A stretch of DNA of 64,000 nt from Podarcis gaigeae (lineage: Eukaryota). Under the pieces are notes generated by a model. It was not told the DNA's origin and made no database searches. It saw only the letters and a list, made by a program, of their open reading frames with translations. Where the stretch lies: the NCBI GenBank assembly GCA_964106915.2, contig OZ066923.1; one strand, 5' to 3'. This document shows positions 1 through 11,080 of this stretch, piece after piece; within the stretch, counting starts at the first letter, position 1, and the number at the start of each line of letters is the position of its first letter. The position numbers and the translations under genes are program-made.

Positions 1-227
1 TTTCCCCCCAATACATGGTTGTGGGGTGCTGTTGTTGTTTTGAACACTTTACCACAACATATGCATTTTTGCACACATTACCGGGCTGGAGAAATGCATT
101 GCAAAATTCGGAGGAGTGCGAATTTTGAAGGCTCGTTGTGTTTCAGTTTGCGCATTGTTTCAGAAAGTGAGGATTAGGTGGGTGAGCCTTTAACTGCAGT
201 CTGAATGGAATTTCTACCCTATCTCTA
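1..227 (-). mobile_element. hAT-type non-autonomous DNA transposon (TAGGGATG-terminus family), partial at window edge
   Basis: Reverse complement resembles the copies at 23905-24311 and 30854-31204; ends in CCCTATCTCTA. Confidence 0.65.
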
Positions 228-559
228 CCTGACATCTAAATCTCCCTCTATGTGGAAAGACAGCATGTCAGGGAAAGGATGAGACAAAATCCCAACGACG
301 TGCTAACTCTCCATGTGCAGGGGGCTTTTGATATACAAAGGAAGCATCCAAACATACAATCACACCCACACACCCTGCAGTCGGAAGTGGCAAAGTCCCA
401 GGGGTGCTGAATTAATGCACAGATCAGCACAAAGCTGCGAGCATGGGAAGCCATCGTGCAGATGTGCATTTAAACACTAGTGCGCAGCTCCACATATTAC
501 AGAAACAAGAACTGGAAATGAAAAATGGGTTGAAAAGTTCTCTCTCCCCCCCACACCCT

Positions 560-1640
560 CCAAATCCTGGAGGTACTCAGCGGCACATTTTCTATGTGCC
601 TGCGCTGATAAAGTGCATAATAACCTGTTAGCTTTGTGTGCCTAATTTTCCTGTTTCCCTCGATTTCTTCACTGTTTCTTTAATGTAACAATGAGAATTT
701 AAATGACCACTGGGGCTGGATACTCCTTTCTTTCCTGACCTGGTGGGTAATGAGATAGACAACACCCCAAGCCATTATCCCTTCGTGCGCTGAGTGGGAG
801 TGCAGTTAACTTTGATAGCATAGAACTAAGTACATTTTTAATTGCAAGGGAAAAAAATGAGAATAACCTATTCCGTTTAACATTTTTACGGAGTAATTAC
901 ACATAAAATTAGCTAACTATCAAAGTTCTCCGTTCCTCCCCACCCCCCACACCGCATGCACATCACGTTAGCTCAATATGTAGATGTTTCCGTTTTAATG
1001 GGATTTTAAACAAGCCGAGTCAAGAAACCCCACACTCTTGTCATTTTGTTGGTGTCAATCAGTGTATATGTTTTGTCTATCAGTTTTGTAGTGCTAATTT
1101 ATGAAATCGGCCCCGTAAGATTCTCCTTTGTTTGTGCATATTAGAGAAGCTACGTCAGATGATAATATCTTATCTGTTTTCCCCCTCTTTCATTTGCATT
1201 TCATTTTTGTCACAGCACCGTCCCTGCCACCGTCTTCCTGCCATGTGCATCACATCCCCGTATGTAAACAATTTTACCGACTTAGATCGAAGTGATAGTC
1301 TCGTAATTTTTTAATCATAATCCACATATACAAATAAGAGAGCTAAAGCATGCAAGGAAGCGTATTTGGGTCTTGTGACTAACGGTAACCCGGTGCTATT
1401 GAATTACTGAACTGTGTCTGAGAGCTAATGAGAAAAAAAATCCCACGGGAATCTTTAACCAATGCACTTGGAGAGCACCTTAGGGACTCATTCTGTGTCT
1501 GTCACCTTTCCCGTCTCATTGACACAAGACTCCTTTGCCACCATTACACAGTGCAACCATTTCACTTTGCACCTCACGATTAGAATATTAAAAGGAGAGA
1601 ATACTACACGACTTGCTTCAGATAGCCGAGTTGTTTTTGA
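560..1640. promoter_or_regulatory. Candidate conserved non-coding element / enhancer
   Basis: No recognisable repeat; many retained CpGs; inverted pair of TCF/LEF sites AACTTTGATAG (808-818) and CTATCAAAGTT (917-927); Pbx-like GTCAATCA near 1054; TAAT and TTTATGA motifs. Confidence 0.45.
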
Positions 1641-2056
1641 CACTTAAAATAGAAATTGTCACCAAGCTATCACAAGGACCTGGGTGTCTTCACCTTCTGT
1701 GGAACCTTCTAAACCTGATGCCTTATTTTGCAACTAATGAGCTACTTCGTGGGGGGCTTTATCCCCCCCCTTTAATGGCAAAACTTTGTTAGCAGGGAGG
1801 CATCGGGGAACATGCTTTTGTTTTCTATGGAGATTTGATTACTGCATTTGCCAGACAGAATTGTCTTCTATAGGACTGCTGTCGTCCAAGGTGCAGGGAG
1901 CTATTCAATGACCAGTTATACACCCAAGGCACAGTTGAATTAAAAGCGGCCCGGCTGTTTATTGAAGCATGTTCTGGGGAGGAGTGTCCTCCCTAAAGGA
2001 ATTACTTATACAGTCTCACAAAGCTGGTTTTGAGTAGATTTCCATGGAAAATCTGT

Positions 2057-3202
2057 TGTGACAAGCTGTGCTGGGGCCAAGAGAGTGAAGGACAGGTTGT
2101 CAGAGATGGATTGGAGGAGTAATGGGGAGGAGCTTAGCTCCATAACTTTTTTCAGAGCAGGAACAATGATATCATCTGCCAGAGTGCCAGTGTCAGGGAC
2201 TGTGCTGAGGAGGGCTACAATGAGGAGCTATGGTGGGTGCTGCCTCCTCCCCCGACCCTGAATCTCACCAGGAGCAGGAGGGCAGTATAGATTTAGAACA
2301 GTGGTTTCCAGAGGGGCATAGATCAGAAGGGAAAAGCTGGGAAATACAGCTAGATGAAGAGCAGCTAGGAGAAGAAACACACTGGAAGAGAGAGGGTTAA
2401 CAGATTCACAGTCGTTGGAGAGCATCCCCCTTCCCCCCTCCCCATGTTCTAGGAGAGCTGAAAAAGTTACTGAATAGAAAGCAAAGCGGCGTGAAGGTGG
2501 TGTGGATTGAGAGAGGAATGGGTGTAGCCTTAATTGGAAGCACCGCCATTCTTAAAGGGAGACGTTCATTATCCCTTGCTGTGATTATTAAAGAATTCCA
2601 ACCGGTTCACTTTGTTCTGCTTATCTACTGCTGGGGGGGGGGGGAGAGCCAATTCCTTAAAGCCTGACAGCCAGGCAGGTTATTGATGGAGCCCCCTTGC
2701 TCCAGCAAGTGAATGAGGGGATAATGGGGCTTTCCACTTTTCCTATCGTTTGTGACAAAAAGACCGCTTACCCATTTTCCAGGCAACAGCATTTGGTGTG
2801 GCTGCAGGAGAGCTGCCGTGGTTAGCGGGACCTGCTTGCACAGCCTCACTCAGCTGCAGGGGCTGACAGGATTGCCTGCCAAAAATTTAAATATAAAAAG
2901 GACAGTCATGGCCCTAGAGGGCTGGTGGGTGCTTCAGCAATGGACCTGATAGAGCCAGTCTTCAGTCAGGTCCACTTCTGGGGCATACAAGCTGACTGGG
3001 CTGTGAATAGCCAGCACAGCCAGGAATTGGACGTCTCGCCCACCCTCTATGTTGTGGTTATTCCCAAAGGTAAGCAGGCAGTGCATGTGGGTGGCCTTGC
3101 TGTTGAATTACTCAGTTGCTGTATTCAGGGCCAGGGAGGAATTTGCCTGCAGATGAATTGAGCCTATCTGGGGTTTTTGCCTTCCTCATAGCAACTGTCA
3201 CA
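2057..3202 (+). mobile_element. Older LTR-like element hosting a nested solo LTR
   Basis: Inverted termini TGTGACA...TGTCACA; TATAAAA at 2892; interrupted by the TSD-flanked LTR at 2191-2669; no TSD of its own found. Confidence 0.45.
2191..2669 (+). mobile_element. Solo LTR (Gypsy-like) with decayed acidic U3 ORF
   Basis: TGTCAGG...CCTGACA termini; perfect 5-bp TSD GCCAG; homologous to 46951-47457. Confidence 0.85.
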
Positions 3203-3510
3203 ACTTGGGTGGAAAAAGGGTTGGATCCTTTGTCAAAAAGCTGAGGATGGGGTGGGTGCCCCAGCCCAGGATCTAGGATAAAAACTCAGCATAACCTGGT
3301 AAAGGGATCCAGGGACAGAATTCTGTCCTTGGGTTGTGGCTATGGAGTAATGTCATGATGAACTCATGCAGTTCATCTTTCATCATCACTTTGGAACACT
3401 GTTTCTACACAAAGACCTTTAGAAGCTACTGCACAAGCATGACCCTCCTCCCTTGTGATTATTAATCCCCATGGTGGTGCCCCCTGCCCACTGCATGGAA
3501 GGCTCCAGAT

Positions 3511-3600
3511 TGGGGTAGCCAACATGGTGCCCTCTAGATGTTGCTGAACCAACTTCCATCAACTTCAGCCTGTATGGCCAATGGTCAGGGATGATGGGAC
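3511..3600. mobile_element. Squamate hAT-type MITE fragment (GGTGCCCTCCAGATGTT family)
   Basis: Same core as copies near 27833-27971, 34975-35085, 44484-44605, 48013-48153, 51232-51347 and 57322-57860. Confidence 0.6.
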
Positions 3601-3872
3601 TTAGGTCTTAATTATGGAAAGTGCTATATATATTTCAAACCAATAAGTGAAATAAATAGGGTCAGAAATAGGGTCCAGTGTGGCCTTTGTATTTGCACCT
3701 AGATGTCTCTTCACAGGCTTTGGCTGCGTGCCATGGATTGGGTTTTGCCATGACTAAATAGTCATCCACGAACTCTTTGGAAGTATCCAGTCCATACCAC
3801 ACGGGTGGAATTCCATGCAGAGGCCACAGATGACCTTGCTCATGCAAAGTTAGTTATGGTCATACAGCATTG

Positions 3873-4437
3873 TGTCATGGGTCCTGTCCATGGAAAACAC
3901 ACCATCACCTTCTCAAAAACAGTGATGTGCAACTGATGGTCTCAGGGGCTGGTCTGGATCGGAAGATTGGGGAATGCAATCGCAGGAAGATCGGATCCTA
4001 ACAGAAGAGGAGGGTGAATATTCACACCTCCCCCCTTTGCTTCCCACATTTCCAGAAGCAGGGAGACAGAATCTGCACAGTTGAGAGAGGACCTAGCTAG
4101 CTTTGAGATAGTAGCTAAGCAATCAGAAGGGAGGAAGCAACTGGGTGATACATCAGTTGAGAGTGTGTGTGGGGGGAACCCCCTCCCTCCCCCCGAACTA
4201 GGAGGTCTGAGCATGTCAGAGAACAAAGGAGACGCGGGGGGGGGGGACTCCCCATTGGCACGCTTCTTGCTGCGGAAGTGGGGAGGAGTCATAATAGGCA
4301 ACTGATATCCTTGCGGAGAGTTGCCTGTTTGTGCTTGTAACAGAATGCTGTAATAAAAAGACTATAAAGCTACCAAATGCTCATTAATTCTTATCAGTGA
4401 GCCACCGGAAGGGAGAGGGGAACTCCTGTACATGACA
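3873..4437 (+). mobile_element. Solo LTR (Gypsy-like) with decayed acidic U3 ORF
   Basis: TGTCATG...CATGACA termini; AATAAA near 4352; translates ASFEIV..KQLGDTSVESV..PPPSPRTRRSEHVREQRRR across a frameshift; TSD not evident. Confidence 0.7.
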
Positions 4438-5258
4438 GGTGGGGTGGGTGGTCCACTGCAATTTCACTCCAGAAAAAGCAGCTATAGCACTATAGATGGT
4501 ATATCTGGGATGATCCAAAATGTGATATATCACAGAATACTTGGGATATGTAACTGGACTGCTAGAATTTTGGCAGAATTCACAGTAAGTTAGATGCTAC
4601 AGGACCTCGTTTCAGTGAAATTTCCCAGAGTTCTTCATCAGAAGGAATGGGGGGAGGAGAAAAGAGTCAGTACTGAATAAGGTTAGTGACTTAAATCACT
4701 TCAGGAGGCTTGTGTCCCAATAACAAGCCCTTAACACATCAAACATTTGTTGACAGTAGCTTAACCAGCAGGGGATCACAGATTACTGTCAATAAGAAGC
4801 CAAAGTCTCTATTCCAATCATTGATTTTGGCATCCAGCACCGCGATGCATTTTAGTTCCCAGGAACATCTTTCAAAGGAGCTACACAAGTTCCATTTGAA
4901 AGAGAGCCTGGGAAGTCAGAGTTCATATTGAGAGAAGTATTATTCACCCCAGAAATGACAGAGATGAATCCCAAGGACAACATGAAAACATTGGTTCGAA
5001 GAAGACACACTTGCCAATATTATGATTTTATTCTGTTGTTTCTTTGAGTTTGTGTTTAAACTAATGGCCTTCACCAATTTTCTTGTCTTCAGCATTGGCT
5101 ACAGTCCAATTTCAAGTTACGTGTGCTTAAACTCGTTCGTTCTGGTGCCTGATTGTAGTCACAGAGTTTGCTCCGATTCAGAGTACTGTTTATTTGTATT
5201 TTATTTCTATCATGGGAATTGTAAAAATGTAAGATGGTCAGTTCCTAATAGTGTAAAT

Positions 5259-5392
5259 CCACAGAGCTTTGAAAGCAGTGAGCAGTCATGTGTCTTTCTG
5301 AACTTTCCCAAGGCTCAATGAAAAGGAGGGTGATTTCTTGCTCTCAACCTCAGAAAGCAGTACAACCCCTCACTGTTTTCAAAGCTCTGTGG
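5259..5392. repeat. Inverted repeat, probable MITE relic
   Basis: 24-bp arms at 5259-5282 and 5369-5392 match 23/24. Confidence 0.6.
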
Positions 5393-5981
5393 CTCAGTGT
5401 TCCTAGGGGAGTACTAAGTGCTGCTCTATAGACACAAGATCCTGGTCTCCTAATGGCACTCAGGAGTCATTGTATGTCAGCCTGATCAATTCATGCTCAC
5501 TCCAACATGAACACACATTGGCTACATTCCACTGGTACTTTATTCCGTTTTCCTGACATTTTCATACCTCTTAATTTTCAGATTTTATGTGATCTTTCTA
5601 TTGGAAATCTAGTGCAATCTAGCAGAAGGTTACCACTAATTTCCAGGTTAATTGTTTCCAGAAAAAAAGATTTGCTTAACTCGAAAAATCACAAGAATTT
5701 TCAGTTTTAAGTTCCCCACCACTCATGTGGCAAAAATTGGGGCGGTATCCCAGCATGCAGTCCTTCCCTGCCATTTAAAAGTTAGTGCAAGGAATGTTAG
5801 AAATCAGAACAGGAAGAGCTAACATTACAACCTAGCACAATAAATCCCATGTTGGAATACAGCCATTGTTTAGAATAGCCCATTGGATGATATGTTCTCA
5901 AATCTGTCCCTACAGATGGAGGAACCTTGAAGGGGTTTATTCACACATGGGGTTTATTGCATTAGTTTTACTTATTATAAT

Positions 5982-6285
5982 GGTAAAGGTAAAGGTAAAG
6001 GATCCCTGACAGTTAAGTCCAGTCGCAGACGACTCTGAGGTTGCGGCGCTCATCTTGCTTTACAGGCTGAAGGAGCCGAAATTTGTCTGCAGACAGTTTT
6101 TCCGGGTCATGTGGCCAGCATGACTAAGCCGCTTCTGGGGCAACGGAACACCGAAACCAGAGCAGCGCATGGAAACACCATTTACCTTCCTGCTGGAGTG
6201 GTACCTATTTTTCTACTTGCACTGGCGTGTTTTCGAAGTGCTAGGTTAGCAGGAGTTGGGACCGAGCAACGGGAGCTCACCCTGT
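5982..6285 (-). mobile_element. Sauria (Squam1) SINE, 5'-truncated
   Basis: (AAAGGT)n tail and typical body GGGTCATGTGGCCAGCATGACTAAGCCGCTTCTGG; head missing next to a MITE. Confidence 0.92.
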
Positions 6286-6294
6286 GATGATAGC

Positions 6295-6425
6295 CAGGGC
6301 TATTTTTCTATAAAAAGAGGTGCCAGAACTCACTAGGAACCTTGTTCTCTTATAATGTCATTGGCGCCCACCTCAGAGGTGCCAGAAGTCAGTTCCGGCA
6401 AATGCCAGCTGAAAAAAAAGCACTT
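6295..6425 (+). mobile_element. ~135-bp hAT MITE (CAGGGCTTTTTT TIR family)
   Basis: Homologous to 10401-10536, 18256-18387 and 50932-51063; no TSD here. Confidence 0.75.
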
Positions 6426-6910
6426 CTGCTTCTTTTTCAATTTCTTATGTAACTTTCACACAGCATTATCTGCCCCCCCCCCACTATACCGCCATGCCAT
6501 GCTAAATATCATTTGCACCACAGTCACAGGGCTTTTGAGTTCCTGTTTGTCTCTTTTCTTCAGTTTTTTCCTTAGTTTGTTTTCCTCCTCTTACAATTTC
6601 CAGCTGCCTCGTTCTTGTTTCCTCTTTCCTTGTTCTCTTCCCCTCAACTACCCCTCTCCAAATGCTTTCCTGCTCTCATTGTGTTTTCCCGCTGCCTGCC
6701 TGGATCTCTCTCCCTCTCAGCTACTTCCCACATTTTGCTGCTTGCTTCCCCACTCTTAAAGAAAAATCTCATTTGCCTTACCTTTTCCCTCTCACCTCAC
6801 CAGTGGCAGAAAGTGGTGGTGGCTCTCTTGCTAGTAAAATGATTCACCTTCGTTGATTTCTCCTCAACTGCCCAGGTCCACCATGCCTTCTTGTCAAGCA
6901 CATGTGCTGC

Positions 6911-7090
6911 TGCTGCTGCTACGGCGATCACTTGTAGCCAAGTAAGATTGTCTTCCATAAACATGGTCTTAACAGTGAGTCCGTAAGTGACTGTGGAGGC
7001 CAATTCTGGATCCACACATCCTTCCACAGTGGAGACATAGGTTTCCAGACAGAAGTTGATCATGGTGAGGGTTTGCCAACCCTCACCATG
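6911..7090 (-). mobile_element. RTE-clade LINE 3' fragment
   Basis: Minus strand encodes CLHCGRMCGSRIGLHSHLRTHC*, the RTE C-terminal zinc motif; trinucleotide tail; TSD ACATGTGCTGC at 6900-6910 and 7091-7101. Confidence 0.88.
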
Positions 7091-7520
7091 ACATGTGCTG
7101 CACACACACCTCAGCACCCTTGGCTGGCCTGGAATGATGGTCAGCAAACCCTCAGCTGCGACATCTGGTGGCAACAGCCATACAACAGCCCACAAGGTGA
7201 AGGAAAAACTTGCCCCATATTGGGGTGCGGCGGTGGGAAGGCTGCAGGGCCAAACCAGAGAAGAAATACCGTACCTGTTGAAGGGCACTCCGACCACAGA
7301 CTGCTTCAGAGTTACATAACTTATCACACAAAACTTCTGTGATTTCCTAGGTTTCTAGACTTCAAAAAAGATTTTCTCTGGAAGTAATTAACATGGAAAT
7401 GAGCACCAACCTTGCACTATATTCCCCTCGATTTCTGGAAGTGTCTTTGACATCAAGCTGAAATGTAATGCAGAAATTATCTGTTATGGAAATGTCAGGA
7501 GACTGGAATAATGCACCATT

Positions 7521-8381
7521 TTGAATGCAGCCACCTCCAGTTCTTTCCACCCTGTCTACGAGGCATATGTACCTCATTTCCAAGACTACATGACAGTGGG
7601 TGGAAAAGCTCTTCACACATGCCCCTTTGTATGTGCAGAGATGTCTCTTCTATTGAATGGAGCCAGCCTGAAAGAAGAAGCTTTTAAGAATGCAGAACAA
7701 GAGAGTCATGGATGGTCTCTGTCTAGGTTTTTCACACACAGAGCTTATTGGAAAACAACTGCTTTGGGTATTATAAAAAATCAAGTTTCTCAAGCAATCA
7801 AACATTTACAGATTTCCAACAGGAAAATACTGTCATTTGCTCTTGTGCCTGAGTTACTGATGTCCAGACTTCGCTGGCATGGACAACTTTCAAAAGATCT
7901 AAATGATTTTAATGGTGTCACTTGGAGCCACAGCCAAAATAAACCAAGAGTATATGTTTATAGTCTGTGTTTTAGACATGTCTGGGGCAGAGGAGCTTTG
8001 GAAGCAAATTACTTCTCACTCCTGCATAAGGGTAGTCCTTCAATGTCACTTTTTAAAAAAAACAGGTCACTGGCAGGTCAAGAAAGGACAGCAGCCAGGA
8101 GAGCTGGGGTATGTTTTGCACACTGTTCATCTTGGATCTTGAAACAAGATGAAAATAGAATATTAGATGCACCATTGAGCTTTATAGCTACAGATGTATC
8201 AACACATATGACCATCTTCATATGTGAATATCCGTTATATATACCGACAAAAAATGCAGTATATCTATCGGCATACACCCATATGCAATTATTACACAGA
8301 GCATCTATTGAATTAAAACTCTCTGCCATGTGTACAGGGCCGCAGATGGTATGTGTGCTGATTGTATGCAAAAAGCCCTAA
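7521..8381 (+). other. Long ORF (286 codons; first ATG at 7590) of unknown nature
   Basis: From the ORF track; no recognisable domain; AT-rich non-repeat context. Confidence 0.2.
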
Positions 8382-9229
8382 TATACGGCACTGATAATTA
8401 AATTACAACAGCCATGGAAAAAAAATAGGACACCATCTAGTCAAAGTTAAGCAATTTTGACACCCATTGATTTCAATGGGAGAGAGCTAAGCTCTTAACA
8501 CACCCACTGATGTCTATAAGTGCTCATGTCTGAGTGGTTTGCAACTAATAATTATTGCTAAATAATTAAAGCTCTGCGGATGTCTGCATCCTTTTCTCTG
8601 AGTATATTAAAAGGGATTTCAAGACGAAAGGGAGAGGTGCCTCTTTAAAACATTTAACATGTGTGATGCATAACATGTATGATAGATGTGGGCTTTACGG
8701 AACTGCAGCAAACATATTGCAACAGTGTGCAATCCTTTGAGTGGCTAGCCTAATAAATGTTAGAATCTGTAGTTTTAAAATAAGTGTTCAGGGCTGCCGG
8801 TAATATATTGTGCCTATGTAATTCCTTGTTGATGTTGCTATACTGACCTCTTCAGGATATGAAAATTTGGAGCCTTGTTTATTGTTCCCATGCATCTCTC
8901 ACTCAGGGTACAATGCACAATGTCTAGCACTTTCTGTCTGAAAGTTTTCCAGGCACATTGGTTTCTTTTTATAATTTCTGGTGCTAGTAGCCCGTATAAA
9001 ATAGCTTGGGGATAATGATTTCAAAGCTAATCAGAAGAAAGAGAAAGTTCTGAGCACACTGAACTCCTCCAATAAAACCTCTTAAAATCAGGTGGGGAAA
9101 GAGAAAATTCCCTCTGTAGTTTAAATGTGAGTACTTTCCCCACTTTTGGATTTTCCCCTTTATCTTTTTGGAAATCTCACCTAATTATTAATTTGTGCAC
9201 TAAGATACATAGCAGTTTCAGATGAAAAA

Positions 9230-9960
9230 TGTTATTCTCATAAATGAGTGGACCACAGCTAACCTCCTTTAAAATAATCTGTATATTTAATCCCAGTTAT
9301 TACTGTACTGCAGCCTGCGACCAGCTGTAGTTAAATTAAAAGTTCATTTGTTCAGTGTCGATTTTATGAGTCTAACCTTTCTCAACTAGGACAGACAAGC
9401 TCCTCAAAGGATAATGATACACCCAATGATATAAACTAAACTTGCTCCTTTTCTGCAGTTTTATATGAGGAATTAAATTAATTTCATAAATACAGGACAG
9501 CACCTCTCAAGGTTTAGTCTAGGTCGTTTTTCTGCTAAATACAAACGGCTCTCCAGAGCTCGGACAATTTCCTATATTTGTCTGTGACCAACTACAGTTT
9601 CTCAATTAGAGTCTGACGCGCCTTTTATACATATATATCATTTTGTAACTTACAGTCCTCTTTGGCCGGCATTCAAAGCTATGCCCTGTGCCTTGTTTAT
9701 GTTAGAAACAACGTCTCTCTGAACTGCAGCTCTGTTTGTAACTATTTATGGTTTAACAAATGACAAAATACAGAAGACCGAAAAATCTTGGCATGGAAAA
9801 AAGGTCTCAGTCTGGTTTATGTTTTCATCTCCTCTCCTCCACGTTTATTGATTGTGTTAACAACGGCAGCATATTCTGTTTTCACACTTTATTGCGTGAC
9901 ACGAGGCAGGTAACTTAGATTTGAAGACAGGAGATGCTTTAAGAGAAAAGTGATTCCATT
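9230..9960. promoter_or_regulatory. Candidate conserved non-coding element
   Basis: Repeat-free; many TTTAT(G/T) Hox/Cdx-type and TAATT sites; scattered retained CpGs. Confidence 0.4.
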
Positions 9961-10400
9961 CACAACACTTTGTACCTATTATTGTGTTTTTCAGGCATGT
10001 CCAGGGCTATTTAGACACAAGTCCCTCAGGGATCCCTCAGGGATCCCCCTGAGCTAAGGTGCAAAGGATTGCAACCTTACAGCCGAGACTCAAAATTCTG
10101 CTACAGGTCAACTGACTGGTACACAATGACCAGCAGACCAAATATTATTTCATTTCTCACTCATTAAGGTTGCTGCCAGAATTATCCAAGATAGGTAGAA
10201 CTTTCCTTATACCTCACAGTAGTCCCTAAAAACCTTCCACTACAGTGGACTAGAATGTTATCCTCTTCACTTGACCATCCCTTCTCTAACTCACAGCTAG
10301 GGATGTAAGAAGGAATCATTTTCTGTTCTGCTCTGGATTCCTCATATGCAGCACTGCTTTTATTCCAACATAGTTCATCTACTTGTCTGTCTGTAATGGC

Positions 10401-10536
10401 CAGCTCTATTTTTCTAGAAAAAGAGGTGCCAGAACTCACCATGAACCCCTGCCTTGTTCTCTTGCAATGGCAATGGTGCCCACCTCAGAGGTGTCAGAAC
10501 TCAGTTCTGTTGAGTTCTGGATGAAAAAAAGCCCTG
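10401..10536 (+). mobile_element. ~135-bp hAT MITE
   Basis: CAG...CTG termini; 8-bp TSD GTAATGGC/GTTGTGGC (6/8). Confidence 0.82.
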
Positions 10537-10870
10537 GTTGTGGCAAAATTCTGTAATTTATGTAATTTACAGAGAGATGTTTGAGCGACATACGTTATTA
10601 AGTCTGGCTTCCATACTAAAGCTAACAATAGGTCATTTTCCTGTGTTCCCATTCCCTCATCCCATTATCTTATTTTTACTGACATTTACTGGACCATTTT
10701 CACATAGTGAATCTTTATTTTGAATCTTTATTTCCAAGGATCTAAACAACTATGCTTCTGACATGAAAGTAGGAGGCTAGCTGAAAAATAAAGAGTTTTC
10801 CCAGACATGTTAAATAATGGGACTTGCCACACAAAGGTGCATTCTTGCAAAGTACACTATGCAATTGTAT

Positions 10871-10934
<64 letters not shown>

Positions 10935-11080
10935 TATTTATACCTTGCCCATCTGGCTGGGTTTCCCCAGCCACTCTGGGCGGCTTCCAACAAATGATTA
11001 AAAATACATTAAAACATCGCTCATTAAAAACTTCCCTAAACAGGGCTGCCTTCAGATGTCTTCTAAATGTTAGATAGTTA
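10871..11080 (-). mobile_element. L2-clade LINE 3' end with (AAC)n tail
   Basis: (AAC)n at 10871-10933 followed by the 3' UTR; minus strand encodes TFRRHLKAALFREVF. Confidence 0.85.

Noticed and set aside
6355-6856. Overlapping hydrophobic ORFs
   Set aside because: Pyrimidine-rich low-complexity DNA starting inside a MITE.
10742-11077. Poly-V/poly-N ORFs (also poly-I/poly-N at 13005-13303)
   Set aside because: Translations of (AAC)n and (AAT)n LINE tails.
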